A DNA stretch of 64,000 bases from a virus (Duplodnaviria > Caudoviricetes), in the IMG/VR virus record IMGVR_UViG_3300005937_000008, positions 8,267 to 72,266 of that record; one strand, 5' to 3'. The translations under genes were made by a program, and so were the position numbers. Each line of letters opens with the position of its first letter. Positions within the stretch are counted from its first letter, which is position 1. Below are positions 26,466 to 36,052 of the stretch, in pieces. Below the pieces are notes generated by a model. The model saw nothing but the letters and a program-made list of their open reading frames with translations, had not been told where the DNA came from and did not search any database.

Positions 26466-27278
26466 CTACGCCACCCCCGGAAGTTGCGTGTCGAGGAGCT
26501 CCAACGCCCGCCGGGGGATCGCGAAGCCGCGGGATGCGAGCGCCATGTCGACGTCACCGCCGCCCAGTTGCACACCCATCGCGCCGCGCTGCGTCTCCCA
26601 CAGATGCTGAAGAATGATCTTCCCGGCGAGTTGATAGTTCTCCGGGATCACCGCATAGCCCGCCTGATAGGTGCCATCCAGTACGCCCGTGAAGGCTGGC
26701 CCAGATTCCACCGTCACCAATCCGGTCTCTCCGTCGGCCTGCAAGCTGCCAACATCCCATGAGGTGGCGCCGTCCGCAGATACGAACGACGTCAGCGACA
26801 ACACCGGGACGTTCCGCAGCAGCACTTGCGTCGCCGAACCGCCCACCGTGAAGCGATCGGTGAACGAGCGCCGCACGACCACCTTGCCCAGCGCCCGCTC
26901 GACCGCCCGCGTCGCCGCCCCGATGGACCCGCGCAATTCGTCATCGTCTGCCGTCTCCGTCGCCCCGAAGTTGAGCTGGGCGCGCGCATCGGCCAGCGAC
27001 ACAATGCCCGTCGGAACGGCGGGCCGCACGTCGAAGACGTCGCTGTACGCGGTCGTCGGATTCGAGGTGACCATCCGCCAGGCATGCCTGCCGACCTGCG
27101 TGGTCACGTAGTCGACGCGCAACTTGCCCGTGGCTGCCGGAGGCAGCGGCACTGCCGGGGTGAGCGTGCTGCCGTCCGGCAGCGTGAGCGTGAGCGTCGC
27201 CGACGACGGGTTAGTCAGGGCGCCCGACGCGTCGAGCACGTCAACCGCCACCTGAAAAACGGAGCCGAGATCGATCAC
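26466..27278 (-). CDS. Head-tail adaptor with N-terminal Ig-like extension
   Basis: IVSLADARAQLN...TYQAGYAVIPE; extra N-terminal domain of about 90 aa. Confidence 0.78.
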   Translation of the reverse strand: MIDLGSVFQVAVDVLDASGALTNPSSATLTLTLPDGSTLTPAVPLPPAATGKLRVDYVTTQVGRHAWRMVTSNPTTAYSDVFDVRPAVPTGIVSLADARAQLNFGATETADDDELRGSIGAATRAVERALGKVVVRRSFTDRFTVGGSATQVLLRNVPVLSLTSFVSADGATSWDVGSLQADGETGLVTVESGPAFTGVLDGTYQAGYAVIPENYQLAGKIILQHLWETQRGAMGVQLGGGDVDMALASRGFAIPRRALELLDTQLPGVA

Positions 27279-28531
27279 AGGGCCCCTCCCCTCGCTGCCG
27301 GTACGGCCGGTTCTCCACGTTGCGCCACAGGTACGGCCTGCTCGCCGCGACGCGCCCGAGGCCCGATTCCTGTTGCCGTTCGCGCAATGCCGCGCACCAC
27401 CGCGCCAGCAACCTGCCCAGACGCCTCAAGCCCTACGGAGACGGCCATGCTGCCGCCGGATGCGGCCCCGACCGCTCCGGCCGCCGTGAGAACAGCGGAG
27501 GCGGCGAGTGTTGCGTCGAGGCCACGACCGACCGTGCCCGCCGCAGTCAGACTTGCGGTTGAGGTGATCGCGGCGTCGCCGGTAGTGCTGCCGGTCACCA
27601 CTCCGTCGGCGGTCAGGGCCGCCGATATGGCGAGGCTCGCCGCCCCGGAGGCGCCCCGTATGCCGTCCGCCGCAAGGCCGGCTGTAGATAGCAAGCCGGC
27701 GCTGCCTGCTGTTGCCCGAATGCCGTCCGCTGCGAGGCTGCCCGTAGCCGCCAGGCTTGCACCGGCGGCCGTGGCGCGCACGCCGTTGGCCGTAAGGACA
27801 GCCACGGATGCCAGGGTTGCGGCGCCAGCGGTGGCCCGCACGCCGGAGGCAGAGAGACTCGCTGTTGCCGCGAGCGCTGCATCGCCCGAGGCCGCCCGCT
27901 GGCCTGCCGCGGTCAGGGTTGCGGTTGTGGTCAAAGTGGCGGAGCCGGTGGTGGCCCGGACGCCGGTAGCGGCGAGGGTGGCAGTCGCGGACAGCGCCGC
28001 ATCACCGGTGGCGCCGGAGGTGACGTCGGCGCCGGTGAAATCATCGAACCGGAGTAGGTTCGTGGATTCGGCGCGGAGGCCGACGCTGGTGCCGGTGGTG
28101 ACGGCCGTGTCGGTGACGCTGACGCGCTGGACGCCGTTAACGAAGCCCTTGATCGTCGACCCGACGGCCTGAACCTTCGCCACGTCGCCCGCGACGGCCG
28201 CCCCGGAGAAGCTACCGATGGAGGTGAAGCTTCCGCCGACGACGCTGAACAAGTTCCATGAGGTGCCGTCGTTGCGCCACAGGTAGCCCTGCGTGAAACC
28301 GGTATTCCCGCGGCACCACACGCCATGCGAGACGGCTCCAGTGGAGGCGATCGTCACCTGTGCGGAGTTGTCGTTGGTGGCCATCGCCGTAGCGGCACGG
28401 ATGACGATCGTGCCGCCCGCTGTCCCCGACGACAGCTGGTTGGACACGATGGTCCAGAGGCCGGTCCCGTCAACCCAGTCGGCACCGGGGGCCCCGTTGG
28501 CCCGGTTGAAGTCGTCGGTGAAGGTCGTCAT
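27275..28531 (-). CDS. Putative head/neck fibre: lectin-like N-domain plus 20-aa Ala/Thr/Gly repeats
   Basis: FTDDFNRANG start; about 10 repeats of G.A.L..TA.L.A.G.RA.. Confidence 0.65.
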   Translation of the reverse strand: MTTFTDDFNRANGAPGADWVDGTGLWTIVSNQLSSGTAGGTIVIRAATAMATNDNSAQVTIASTGAVSHGVWCRGNTGFTQGYLWRNDGTSWNLFSVVGGSFTSIGSFSGAAVAGDVAKVQAVGSTIKGFVNGVQRVSVTDTAVTTGTSVGLRAESTNLLRFDDFTGADVTSGATGDAALSATATLAATGVRATTGSATLTTTATLTAAGQRAASGDAALAATASLSASGVRATAGAATLASVAVLTANGVRATAAGASLAATGSLAADGIRATAGSAGLLSTAGLAADGIRGASGAASLAISAALTADGVVTGSTTGDAAITSTASLTAAGTVGRGLDATLAASAVLTAAGAVGAASGGSMAVSVGLEASGQVAGAVVRGIARTATGIGPRARRGEQAVPVAQRGEPAVPAARGGAL

Positions 28532-28557
28532 GAGGGCGACCCCTCCCCGTCAGGGTG

Positions 28558-28965
28558 TTACGCCGCTTGCGCCCCGAGCGACACTCCGAGCGTGCTCTGG
28601 GTGAACGTGTCGCCAGACGCCCAAGCCTTCGACGCCGTCAGCGCAATCGAGAACAGGAACGTCCCGGACGTCGATGCCGTCCACACCGAGATGTGCGTCA
28701 GCGTCTCCGAGGTACCCCCGTTCGTCCACGCGGAGGGCGCGGTGCCCAGCGACAGCGCCGAGCCAGACGAGGAGGACGACATCACGCAGCTGTTGCGCGT
28801 CGACGACCCGGCGCTGACGTTGGAGGTGCCAGCCGCACCAGGGTCGCCGGTGTGCAGCTGCACGAACGTCCCGGCGACCGCCGAGTACGCGGCACCACCG
28901 TTACCGGTGGTGCGCAGAGTGTTCAGCCAGCCGGAGACGAGGCTGGGGGCGAGTCCTGCGGTCAT
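28558..28965 (-). CDS. Small virion protein, fibre partner
   Basis: VQLHTGDPGAAGT motif; adjacent to the fibre gene. Confidence 0.65.
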   Translation of the reverse strand: MTAGLAPSLVSGWLNTLRTTGNGGAAYSAVAGTFVQLHTGDPGAAGTSNVSAGSSTRNSCVMSSSSSGSALSLGTAPSAWTNGGTSETLTHISVWTASTSGTFLFSIALTASKAWASGDTFTQSTLGVSLGAQAA

Positions 28966-29099
28966 TGCTCGGCCTCCTCGGGCTCAGCGGCGCCCTCGGG
29001 CTCGGTGATGTCGCCGTCGGACTGGTCGGCGTCAGCGGGGCGAGCGGGAGTGACCTCACCAGAGGCCTCCAACTGGATCACGAACACGCGCTCTTCCAC
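28962..29099 (-). CDS. Small acidic hypothetical protein (45 aa)
   Basis: Hand-translated MEERVFVIQLEASGEV...; stop overlaps the next ATG. Confidence 0.55.
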   Translation of the reverse strand: MEERVFVIQLEASGEVTPARPADADQSDGDITEPEGAAEPEEAEQ

Positions 29100-29101
29100 G
29101 G

Positions 29102-29431
29102 CTACTTGCTCTCCGGCTTCGCCGGGGCGCGCTTCGCCGCGGTCTTCTTCGCGGCGGCAGACTTCTCATCCACGTCCGCGGCACTCGGCTTCGTCGCCGC
29201 GCCGGCGGGTTCCGGCTTCGGCTCGACGGCGGCCTCCGGCGGGCGGGGCGCTGCCGTCGTCTCCGGAGCCGAGGCCTTCTTCGCCTCGTCGTCCGGCTTC
29301 ACGACGTCGTAGTCGTAGTCGTCCTTGAGTGCAGTGGCGACCTGCTCGGCGTCCACCTTGCGCCCGGCCCGCACGTAGCCCTGGTACTCGTGGATCAGGG
29401 CGGCCTTCATGTCGGCCTTGATGTCCCTCAT
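29102..29431 (-). CDS. Hypothetical head-region protein with Ala/Lys/Pro-rich tail
   Basis: Operon context. Confidence 0.7.
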   Translation of the reverse strand: MRDIKADMKAALIHEYQGYVRAGRKVDAEQVATALKDDYDYDVVKPDDEAKKASAPETTAAPRPPEAAVEPKPEPAGAATKPSAADVDEKSAAAKKTAAKRAPAKPESK

Positions 29432-30114
29432 AGCTCCCTCACCTGCTCAATTTCGGGCAGTTTGGCGTAGTAGTCCTCTTTGAGCCGCCGCCGCAGCGGC
29501 GAGCGCTGCCGGGTGCGGTGCTCCAGTCGCACATCCCACAGGGCTTCGGCCGGCTCGGCATGATGCTTGATGTCGTTCCCGCACAGCACCCGTGTCCCGG
29601 AATCGCCGGGGGCCGTCACTACGTAGTGGGCCTGCTGCACTCCGATCCCCGGGAGGGCCCGGAACAACACCCGCAGCGGGAACTGGGAGTCGATGTCGTC
29701 GCGCTCCCACATCGTCACCTCGGCCACATCCAACGCGGTCGCGGCCAACAGCGTGCGCGTGTCGGCAGGCACTTGGGTGAGTATCTCATCGGCATCGATC
29801 CGCAAGAACCAGTCGCCCGGCTCGGCAATCGTCGAGCCAAAGCGGAACATGAAGTCGCGCTTCTCCACCTCGTTGCCCCACCACGGCTGCCGCGGCGTGT
29901 GGATCGTGCACCCCATGCCAGCGCCGGCCGCGGTGTGGGCGATCGTCTCCGCCTGCTCGATCCCTGAGGCCGGCTTCCGCACGGCACCCGGGAACTGAGC
30001 GTAGGGACCGTCTACGGCGACCAGGTGGTCACAGAGTCTCGCCGCGGAGGCCACGCACTCGGCGAGCCACGAGGCGGGTTCCTCGTACCAGGACAGCAGG
30101 CCGATGATCTTCAC
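29428..30114 (-). CDS. GT-A-fold glycosyltransferase (GT2-like)
   Basis: IIGLLSWYEE..WLAECVAS, VAVDG, E..KR, WFLRIDADE (DxD); GTG overlaps the upstream stop. Confidence 0.72.
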   Translation of the reverse strand: MKIIGLLSWYEEPASWLAECVASAARLCDHLVAVDGPYAQFPGAVRKPASGIEQAETIAHTAAGAGMGCTIHTPRQPWWGNEVEKRDFMFRFGSTIAEPGDWFLRIDADEILTQVPADTRTLLAATALDVAEVTMWERDDIDSQFPLRVLFRALPGIGVQQAHYVVTAPGDSGTRVLCGNDIKHHAEPAEALWDVRLEHRTRQRSPLRRRLKEDYYAKLPEIEQVREL

Positions 30115-30611
30115 CCGTGCACCCCCAGCCAGCCGCCCCGCGGATTCTTCAGTGGCATTCCCGGCTGAACCGTGGCCCTGCATGCCTCACCGAGTGCGTG
30201 ATGCACCGTCCACTCCTCGTGGCCGTTGCCGCAGTCATGCACCACGCACACCGAGCCCGGCTTGCCGACCTCGCCCCAGAGCTTGATCTCCCCGAAGCGG
30301 AACTCGATGTCGCTGTCCAGGATCACCAGGTCTGCCGCGGCCATCTGATCCGCCGACGGCGTGACGAGCTCCGGATGTGCCGGCGCCTGCCGCCATGCGG
30401 GATCCGACTCGAAACCCAGGAACTCGCACGCTGCCAGATCAAGGTGGTCTGTGATGCGGCCGATCCCGACGCCCGTCTCCAGGACCAGGGCCGGTCGCAG
30501 CATCCGCTGGAGCATGCCGACGAAGCGGCAGAAGTCCTGCTCCGGCGACCACTCGTCCCACGACAGCCAGCCGAGCTCGGCGTGCCGCGTGAACTGCTTC
30601 TCGTCCTGCAT
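30111..30611 (-). CDS. Small class I SAM-dependent methyltransferase-like protein
   Basis: VLETGVGIG, DLVILDS, VVHD. Confidence 0.65.
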   Translation of the reverse strand: MQDEKQFTRHAELGWLSWDEWSPEQDFCRFVGMLQRMLRPALVLETGVGIGRITDHLDLAACEFLGFESDPAWRQAPAHPELVTPSADQMAAADLVILDSDIEFRFGEIKLWGEVGKPGSVCVVHDCGNGHEEWTVHHALGEACRATVQPGMPLKNPRGGWLGVHG

Positions 30612-30662
30612 GACACCCCCGACAGGGGCCGAACCCGCCGATCCGGCCCCCGCCTAGTTGAT

Positions 30663-32057
30663 CTAGAAGGTCGGTGCCACGAGGCCGGTCCCGGTCACCT
30701 CGACGACGCTCGCCGGATAGCGGGCCGCCGTGAAGGCCAGGTAGCCATACACCTGCAGGCGGACCGTCAGCGTGCCCGAGCCGACGTCCGGTAGCACCCT
30801 GGAACGGAGCCCCGATTCGTACAGCAGGATGTCCGAGGCGCGCAGAACGTGGACGACGTCCTCGTTCGTGCCCGCACCCAGCGCGGTCGGCATCGACGGA
30901 TCCGTGACGACCGGCAGCCCGTGCATCTGACCGACGATCTGCTGCGAAGCCACTGAGCCGAGCGTGGCGATCGCGTTCTGCGGGTTCCCGGCCTCCGGAA
31001 CGACCAGAGGACGCCCGTTGGAGTCCGCCGCCGCCAGCAGATACGCCCACCGGCGCGGGTGCATCACGATCACGGTCGGCGCCATGAAGCGCAGGGTGTG
31101 CACCCGCTGCACCGCATCCGCGATCTTGCTGTACAGCTTCGCCACCGTCGGCGTCGCATCCGTGTACGTGATCGTCGTGATACCCGACGTGCCACGAACG
31201 CCCGTCACCTGGCCGGACGAACCCGAGCCAGAGATGACCTGAAGGTCCGTCTTCGTCGCATGGTCCGCCACCAGGTCACGGAAGATGACCTCGTCGAACG
31301 ACACCGGCGACTGATCCAGGAGCTGGATGGCCACGTCCTGCTGGCCGGCGATCGTGCGCACCGGAGCGTTGATGAACGTGTCCGTCAGGTCCGTCTCCTG
31401 CACCGCCGCGTTGTCCGCGGTCTGCACCGCGGTGGCAGTGCCGGTGGCGACCTTCGGGATGTTGATCGAGTCGGTGCCCGGCGGCAGCGGCTGCTGGTTG
31501 ACGACGTTCGCGTAGGCGCGGCCCGCGCGGGCCAGGTCCACATACTGGCTCATCAGCCACAGCGGCGGAACGAAGTAGCCGCCGTTGCCGTCGGTGCGGT
31601 TGAGGTCGCGGTACTCCTGGCCGGTCGCCACATCCTGGGCGTGCCGCTGCAGCCGCTCGCGGGCCCCGCCGTCCGCATCCATGTTGAGCTGGACGCGGGC
31701 CAGGTCCTGCAGGTAGGAGCGGCCGTTGCCGCGCTCGTAAGTGCGGGCCTCGGTGACGGTCTCGACGCGGGCGCGGGCCCGCTTGACCGCGGCAGCACCC
31801 TCGGTGACGGTGCGGGACCGCTCCGCCTCGTCGGAGAGTTCGCTGATGCGCTCGTCGAGGGCGCGCAGCTCCTCGTCCTTGGCCTTCACCTGTGCCGTGA
31901 ACTCGCGGAACTCGGCGTCCTCCTCGGGAAGGAGGTCCTCGCGGGCCTCCTCCTCGGCGAGATCAGTGATGGCCTTGCGCTTGGCGAGGATCTCCTCGCG
32001 TTCACGCGCAGTCTGCTCGCGCCTGGCGACCAGCCGCTTGAAACGCTCGTCAGCCAT
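30663..32057 (-). CDS. Major capsid protein, HK97 fold with N-terminal delta domain
   Basis: Coiled-coil N-terminus; GGYFVPP, INIPK, MHPRRW, HGLPVV. Confidence 0.95.
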   Translation of the reverse strand: MADERFKRLVARREQTAREREEILAKRKAITDLAEEEAREDLLPEEDAEFREFTAQVKAKDEELRALDERISELSDEAERSRTVTEGAAAVKRARARVETVTEARTYERGNGRSYLQDLARVQLNMDADGGARERLQRHAQDVATGQEYRDLNRTDGNGGYFVPPLWLMSQYVDLARAGRAYANVVNQQPLPPGTDSINIPKVATGTATAVQTADNAAVQETDLTDTFINAPVRTIAGQQDVAIQLLDQSPVSFDEVIFRDLVADHATKTDLQVISGSGSSGQVTGVRGTSGITTITYTDATPTVAKLYSKIADAVQRVHTLRFMAPTVIVMHPRRWAYLLAAADSNGRPLVVPEAGNPQNAIATLGSVASQQIVGQMHGLPVVTDPSMPTALGAGTNEDVVHVLRASDILLYESGLRSRVLPDVGSGTLTVRLQVYGYLAFTAARYPASVVEVTGTGLVAPTF

Positions 32058-32199
32058 GACGAGTCTCCATTCCTGGATGGTGGATCGTGACGGCGGCCCG
32101 TGCCGGACCGTGATGAGCCGTCGACCAGCCAGTGCCAGGCGCGCGACAGCAGCCGTGATCAGTGCCAGACCACGGAAAGATCAGAGATGTGCGTCGGTC

Positions 32200-33249
32200 T
32201 CAGCCGACGTCTTCGAGATGGCGTCGCAGATGGCGCTCGATGGCCGCCTTCTGGTCGGCATCCATGTCAGCCTGAGGCAGCAGCGACAACGCGTGCCGGA
32301 CAGCAGGCAGGTTCGCCGGGGCGCCGATGCGCGGCTCGTGGTGTGCGAACCGGTACGACTCGGGGGCCTCTGGATCGCCGCCGGGGTCGACCCAGGCATG
32401 CATGTAGCGCAGAACAGCCTGATTGCCAGCCGCGCCGGCTGCTGCTCCGCGGCGGTCGAACCCCGGCTCAGTGGAAACGTCCGTCCGGTGCGCCGGGATG
32501 TGCGGCGAGACCTGAACGGGTACGTCGCCGTCCGCGATGGCGCGGGCCTCGGCAAGCGACAGCCGGCCGGGCGCCTTGCGCTCCGGCTTCATCTGCCGGT
32601 GCAGGGCAAGGACGTTGTCGCGGGCCCGCGTCAGCCGGCCCAAGTCGACGCCGTCGCCTGACCGCAGCTCCGCCATGGCGGCTTCTGGGTCGAGCTTGGC
32701 GAGCACCTCAAGCGCGTCGGCCGCCGAATTGAGCTGCGCCGAAGTCGCCGGGTTCGCGCCGAAGTTCACGACCGATACGTCGCCCTTGTGAAGGGACACC
32801 TCGGTCAGGGTGCGCTCGGTGTCGTCCTCCGACCAGGCATCGGCCTTCACGCGGAATGCGAACGACATTTCGTCCATGTCGCCGCGTTCCATCTTCGTTT
32901 CCAGACGCTGCACGTCCGGGTCGCGCCGGTCCAGGCTCGCCTCCACCAGCAAGCCCTTGGAGTCCGTCGACAGCTGCAGCGTCCCCGACTTGGTGCGGGC
33001 CAGCGGCATGCCCTCGTGGTTGATGAGCAGATGCAAGTCGGGCTTCGCCGCCAGCGTCACGTCGAACGCGCCCGGGTCGACACGCTCCGTCCACCCGTAG
33101 GGTGGGCCGCCGAGCACGTCGTAGCCATTCCCGAAGACGCTCGCATACCCGGTCAGGGTCAGCCCGTCGCCCTTGGCACGGAGTTCGAAGCCGGCTGCGG
33201 CGATCGCGCGCCGCTCCGGAGCATCACGCAGCTGATGCCGGTCAACCAT
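32200..33249 (-). CDS. HK97-type prohead protease with C-terminal extension
   Basis: LTGYASVF, LLINH, MSFAF, VSVVNFGANPAT; ATG at 33249 overlaps the portal stop. Confidence 0.9.
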   Translation of the reverse strand: MVDRHQLRDAPERRAIAAAGFELRAKGDGLTLTGYASVFGNGYDVLGGPPYGWTERVDPGAFDVTLAAKPDLHLLINHEGMPLARTKSGTLQLSTDSKGLLVEASLDRRDPDVQRLETKMERGDMDEMSFAFRVKADAWSEDDTERTLTEVSLHKGDVSVVNFGANPATSAQLNSAADALEVLAKLDPEAAMAELRSGDGVDLGRLTRARDNVLALHRQMKPERKAPGRLSLAEARAIADGDVPVQVSPHIPAHRTDVSTEPGFDRRGAAAGAAGNQAVLRYMHAWVDPGGDPEAPESYRFAHHEPRIGAPANLPAVRHALSLLPQADMDADQKAAIERHLRRHLEDVG

Positions 33250-34489
33250 CGGTGCCTTCCTTTCGGATGAGGCGCAACGGCCCCGGTTCGTCGCTCCGGA
33301 TCGTTGGAGGTGAAATGACCGCGCCCGACGCGATCGGCAGCGGCGTGAAGTCCTGGCCCGCCCCGTTCGGCAGCGGAGGCTCGTCCTCAAGCGCCCGGAG
33401 GCCGTCGATGTTGTCCCAGCCGATCAGGCGCTTCTTCTCGTGCACCTCGAAGCGGGTCAGCAGGTCCGCCCTGATGAGCACGTCCGGGTCGAACTTGACG
33501 TACTGGCCTCGCGGCAGCAGCGCCGACAGGTGCGACTCCAGCAGGGCCAGCCACGGCAGCAGCGAGAACTGCACCAGCTCGATCTGCCGCTGCTCTGGGC
33601 TGCTGTACGACATCGACCCGCCGGTCTCGCCGCCGATCATCTCCGGCGGGATTCCATAGATGGAGGCGATCGTCGTCGCGGTCAGCCGCATCGTCTGCAC
33701 AAACTGCGCCTCGTTCGGGCTGACCGTGACCGGCTCGTAATCCCAGTCCTTGCCGTACACGATCGGCTCGTGCGAGCGGATCGCCTGCACCAGTCGCCGC
33801 TTGATGACGTTCGCCTGCGTCTGGTCGACGACCTGCTGCGTGTTCTTGAAGCGCCCGGGGGGCACGCCACCGCTGCGATACCAGTCATCGGAAAACTGCT
33901 GCGCCGCAAGCCCCGTCGACACCGTCACCGCATACGCGCCGATCGGCGACAGACCCCACACGCGGCCCGGCAACTGGAACCACGGGATGTGCACGACGTC
34001 CTCGGATGGCAGCCGCTCCCCCATGTAGGAGAACTTCGGGTTGGTGAACGACCCTGGCTCGCCCATCGACGCCAGCCGGTCCTCGCACAGCACGAATGCC
34101 GGATCCAGCCACTCGACCTCGACCGGGTACTCCAGATAGTCCCGCGCCGTCACCACACCAACCGCGTTTCCGCGGTACGCGAGCGATGTCACTGCACGGA
34201 ACACCCAGTCGTGCAGCGTCCCCTGTGCGGACGGCTGAGTGAACAGCGACGGCAGCGGCAACTCCTGCTTCGAGTCGCCCATCTGCCGGTACACGCACAA
34301 CGGCATCCCGGAAATCGTTGCCGCCAACAGTCGCCCCGCAGCAAGCACCGGGCCTAGCCGCAGAGCACCGTCCTCATTCAGCGCCGCCGGCGACGCAAGC
34401 GGATCCGACGGCCACGACACCGAAGACGAATCCAGACTCCGCCGCTCGTCACCGCCACGCCTCAGCAACCCGCGAAGGGGATTGCGCAC
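33242..34489 (-). CDS. Portal protein (HK97 family)
   Basis: GNA, VVHIPW, GLSPI, AQFVQT, IASIYGIPPEMIG. Confidence 0.95.
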   Translation of the reverse strand: MRNPLRGLLRRGGDERRSLDSSSVSWPSDPLASPAALNEDGALRLGPVLAAGRLLAATISGMPLCVYRQMGDSKQELPLPSLFTQPSAQGTLHDWVFRAVTSLAYRGNAVGVVTARDYLEYPVEVEWLDPAFVLCEDRLASMGEPGSFTNPKFSYMGERLPSEDVVHIPWFQLPGRVWGLSPIGAYAVTVSTGLAAQQFSDDWYRSGGVPPGRFKNTQQVVDQTQANVIKRRLVQAIRSHEPIVYGKDWDYEPVTVSPNEAQFVQTMRLTATTIASIYGIPPEMIGGETGGSMSYSSPEQRQIELVQFSLLPWLALLESHLSALLPRGQYVKFDPDVLIRADLLTRFEVHEKKRLIGWDNIDGLRALEDEPPLPNGAGQDFTPLPIASGAVISPPTIRSDEPGPLRLIRKEGTDG

Positions 34490-34504
34490 GACGCACCCCC
34501 TCCG

Positions 34505-36052
34505 TCAGAACACCGACTCCAGAACGTCGTACTGGGCTTGTTCGAGCAGATGCGAGCGGGTGACGTAGGACCAGCGGGCCAGCGTCATCGCCACCAGCGG
34601 GCTGATGTCGCCCTCCACGCCCTTCACCGTCCAGGCGATCGTCTCGCCCGTCTGCCGGGTCTTCGCCGAAGCGACCGCCACATCCAGATGCCGGTTCGGC
34701 ACGACGCGGAAGTTCTCTTCGCGGACCGCCTCCAGCACCTGGCCAGCCGCCGCCGCCATATCGACCGCGTTCGTCACCGCCAGATCACCCGGCTCCGGCG
34801 CCTCGGAATCCTCCGGCCGCTGGAAGCCCGCCTTGTCCAGCGCGGTCTCGAGGAACGCGAACGTCCCCCGGCCCATGCTGACGGCCACCGGATCCAGCGC
34901 ATCCCGCAGTTCCATCAGCCGCGGGATCAGCCACTTCGTGCCCGGCCGGTAGTCCGCCAGCTGCGTGTGCCCCAGCCCGTCTGCGCGCAGCCCGTACACG
35001 CACACCGCGGCATAGTCCCGCAGCGGGCTGATGTCGACACCGATCGCCACACCTGCCTCGCGGTCCCGCTCCGACGACGCGTCCGCCAGCCGCACCCACG
35101 CCCCAGGGTCGATGACCGCATTGCCTTGTGTGATCTTCGGCCAGATACACAGCCGCTCCCGCGCAAAACCGGCGTTGCCCATCGAGCGGCGCTCCCGAAG
35201 GATCGTCTCCTCCGTCAGCCGCATCCCCAATGCGGGATTCGACGCCGCCCACAGCCGCCGGTCGTCCAGATCGATGTCATCCAGGTGGTCGAGATCGCCC
35301 GCAACCCCCCAGTCCCGCCAGCCGAGACTGTCATCGCCGCCCGCATCAGCGCGCCGCTTCAGGTTGAACATGACCTCGCCGGACTCGCCATTCAGCGGCG
35401 GCGACGACGTGTAGATGATCTGGGCGTTCGGTCGGGCCGCCATCGCCGGCATCAACGCGTCCTGCTGCTCCGCCGTGAACGCGAACGACTCGTCAATGAT
35501 GACCAGATCACCCGAGAAACCACGGCCCGAACCCTTCGACCGGGCCACGAACTTGATGCGGGCCTCAGTGTCGAGCCTCTCGAAGCCTTCCTCGCCGTTC
35601 GTATTGATGAACTTGACGAGGACGCCATCGATATCCCACAGGTTCTCGTTGTTCGGATTCACCTGCTTGCCCAGCCGCCGAAGCAGCGTCCGGCAGCGGC
35701 GAAAGGCCTCCATCGACGTCTTGTACTCGTGCGCCGACCACATGATGAGCGACTCATCCAGCAGCAGAAACCCGGCTAGAGCGCGAATCTCCAGAATCGA
35801 GCCCTTGCCGTTCTGGCGGGCCACGATCTCGCCGTACTCGTAACACGCCCACTTGCCGTCATCCCGGCACGCCAACATCAGGTTCACGGCGTCCGCCTGC
35901 CACGGATCCGCAACCAGGCCGGCCCGATTCGCCAGCTCGCACGCCTCCGGCCCCAGCGTGTACTCGTAGGCCGGGGCAAGCTCAACCCTCGGCCTTGCGC
36001 CGCCTTTCAGCGATCCGCTTCGAGAGATCCGCGACACCCGAACCCCCCGCAA
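34505..36052 (-). CDS. terL: Terminase large subunit
   Basis: ARQNGKG Walker A, VIIDE Walker B, ASNPALG, GVDISP nuclease domain; start uncertain. Confidence 0.94.
   Translation of the reverse strand: MRGVRVSRISRSGSLKGGARPRVELAPAYEYTLGPEACELANRAGLVADPWQADAVNLMLACRDDGKWACYEYGEIVARQNGKGSILEIRALAGFLLLDESLIMWSAHEYKTSMEAFRRCRTLLRRLGKQVNPNNENLWDIDGVLVKFINTNGEEGFERLDTEARIKFVARSKGSGRGFSGDLVIIDESFAFTAEQQDALMPAMAARPNAQIIYTSSPPLNGESGEVMFNLKRRADAGGDDSLGWRDWGVAGDLDHLDDIDLDDRRLWAASNPALGMRLTEETILRERRSMGNAGFARERLCIWPKITQGNAVIDPGAWVRLADASSERDREAGVAIGVDISPLRDYAAVCVYGLRADGLGHTQLADYRPGTKWLIPRLMELRDALDPVAVSMGRGTFAFLETALDKAGFQRPEDSEAPEPGDLAVTNAVDMAAAAGQVLEAVREENFRVVPNRHLDVAVASAKTRQTGETIAWTVKGVEGDISPLVAMTLARWSYVTRSHLLEQAQYDVLESVF

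Noticed and set aside
30111-30611. Head-region methyltransferase as a DNA MTase
   Set aside because: Only 166 aa with no DPPY/NPPY or PC motif; coupling to a GT favours a small-molecule or glycan substrate
32200-33390. ORF-track start of the protease at 33390, and other long N-terminal extensions (e.g. 55609, 59642, 61096)
   Set aside because: These extensions overlap upstream genes; internal starts with RBS or 4-nt overlaps were chosen instead
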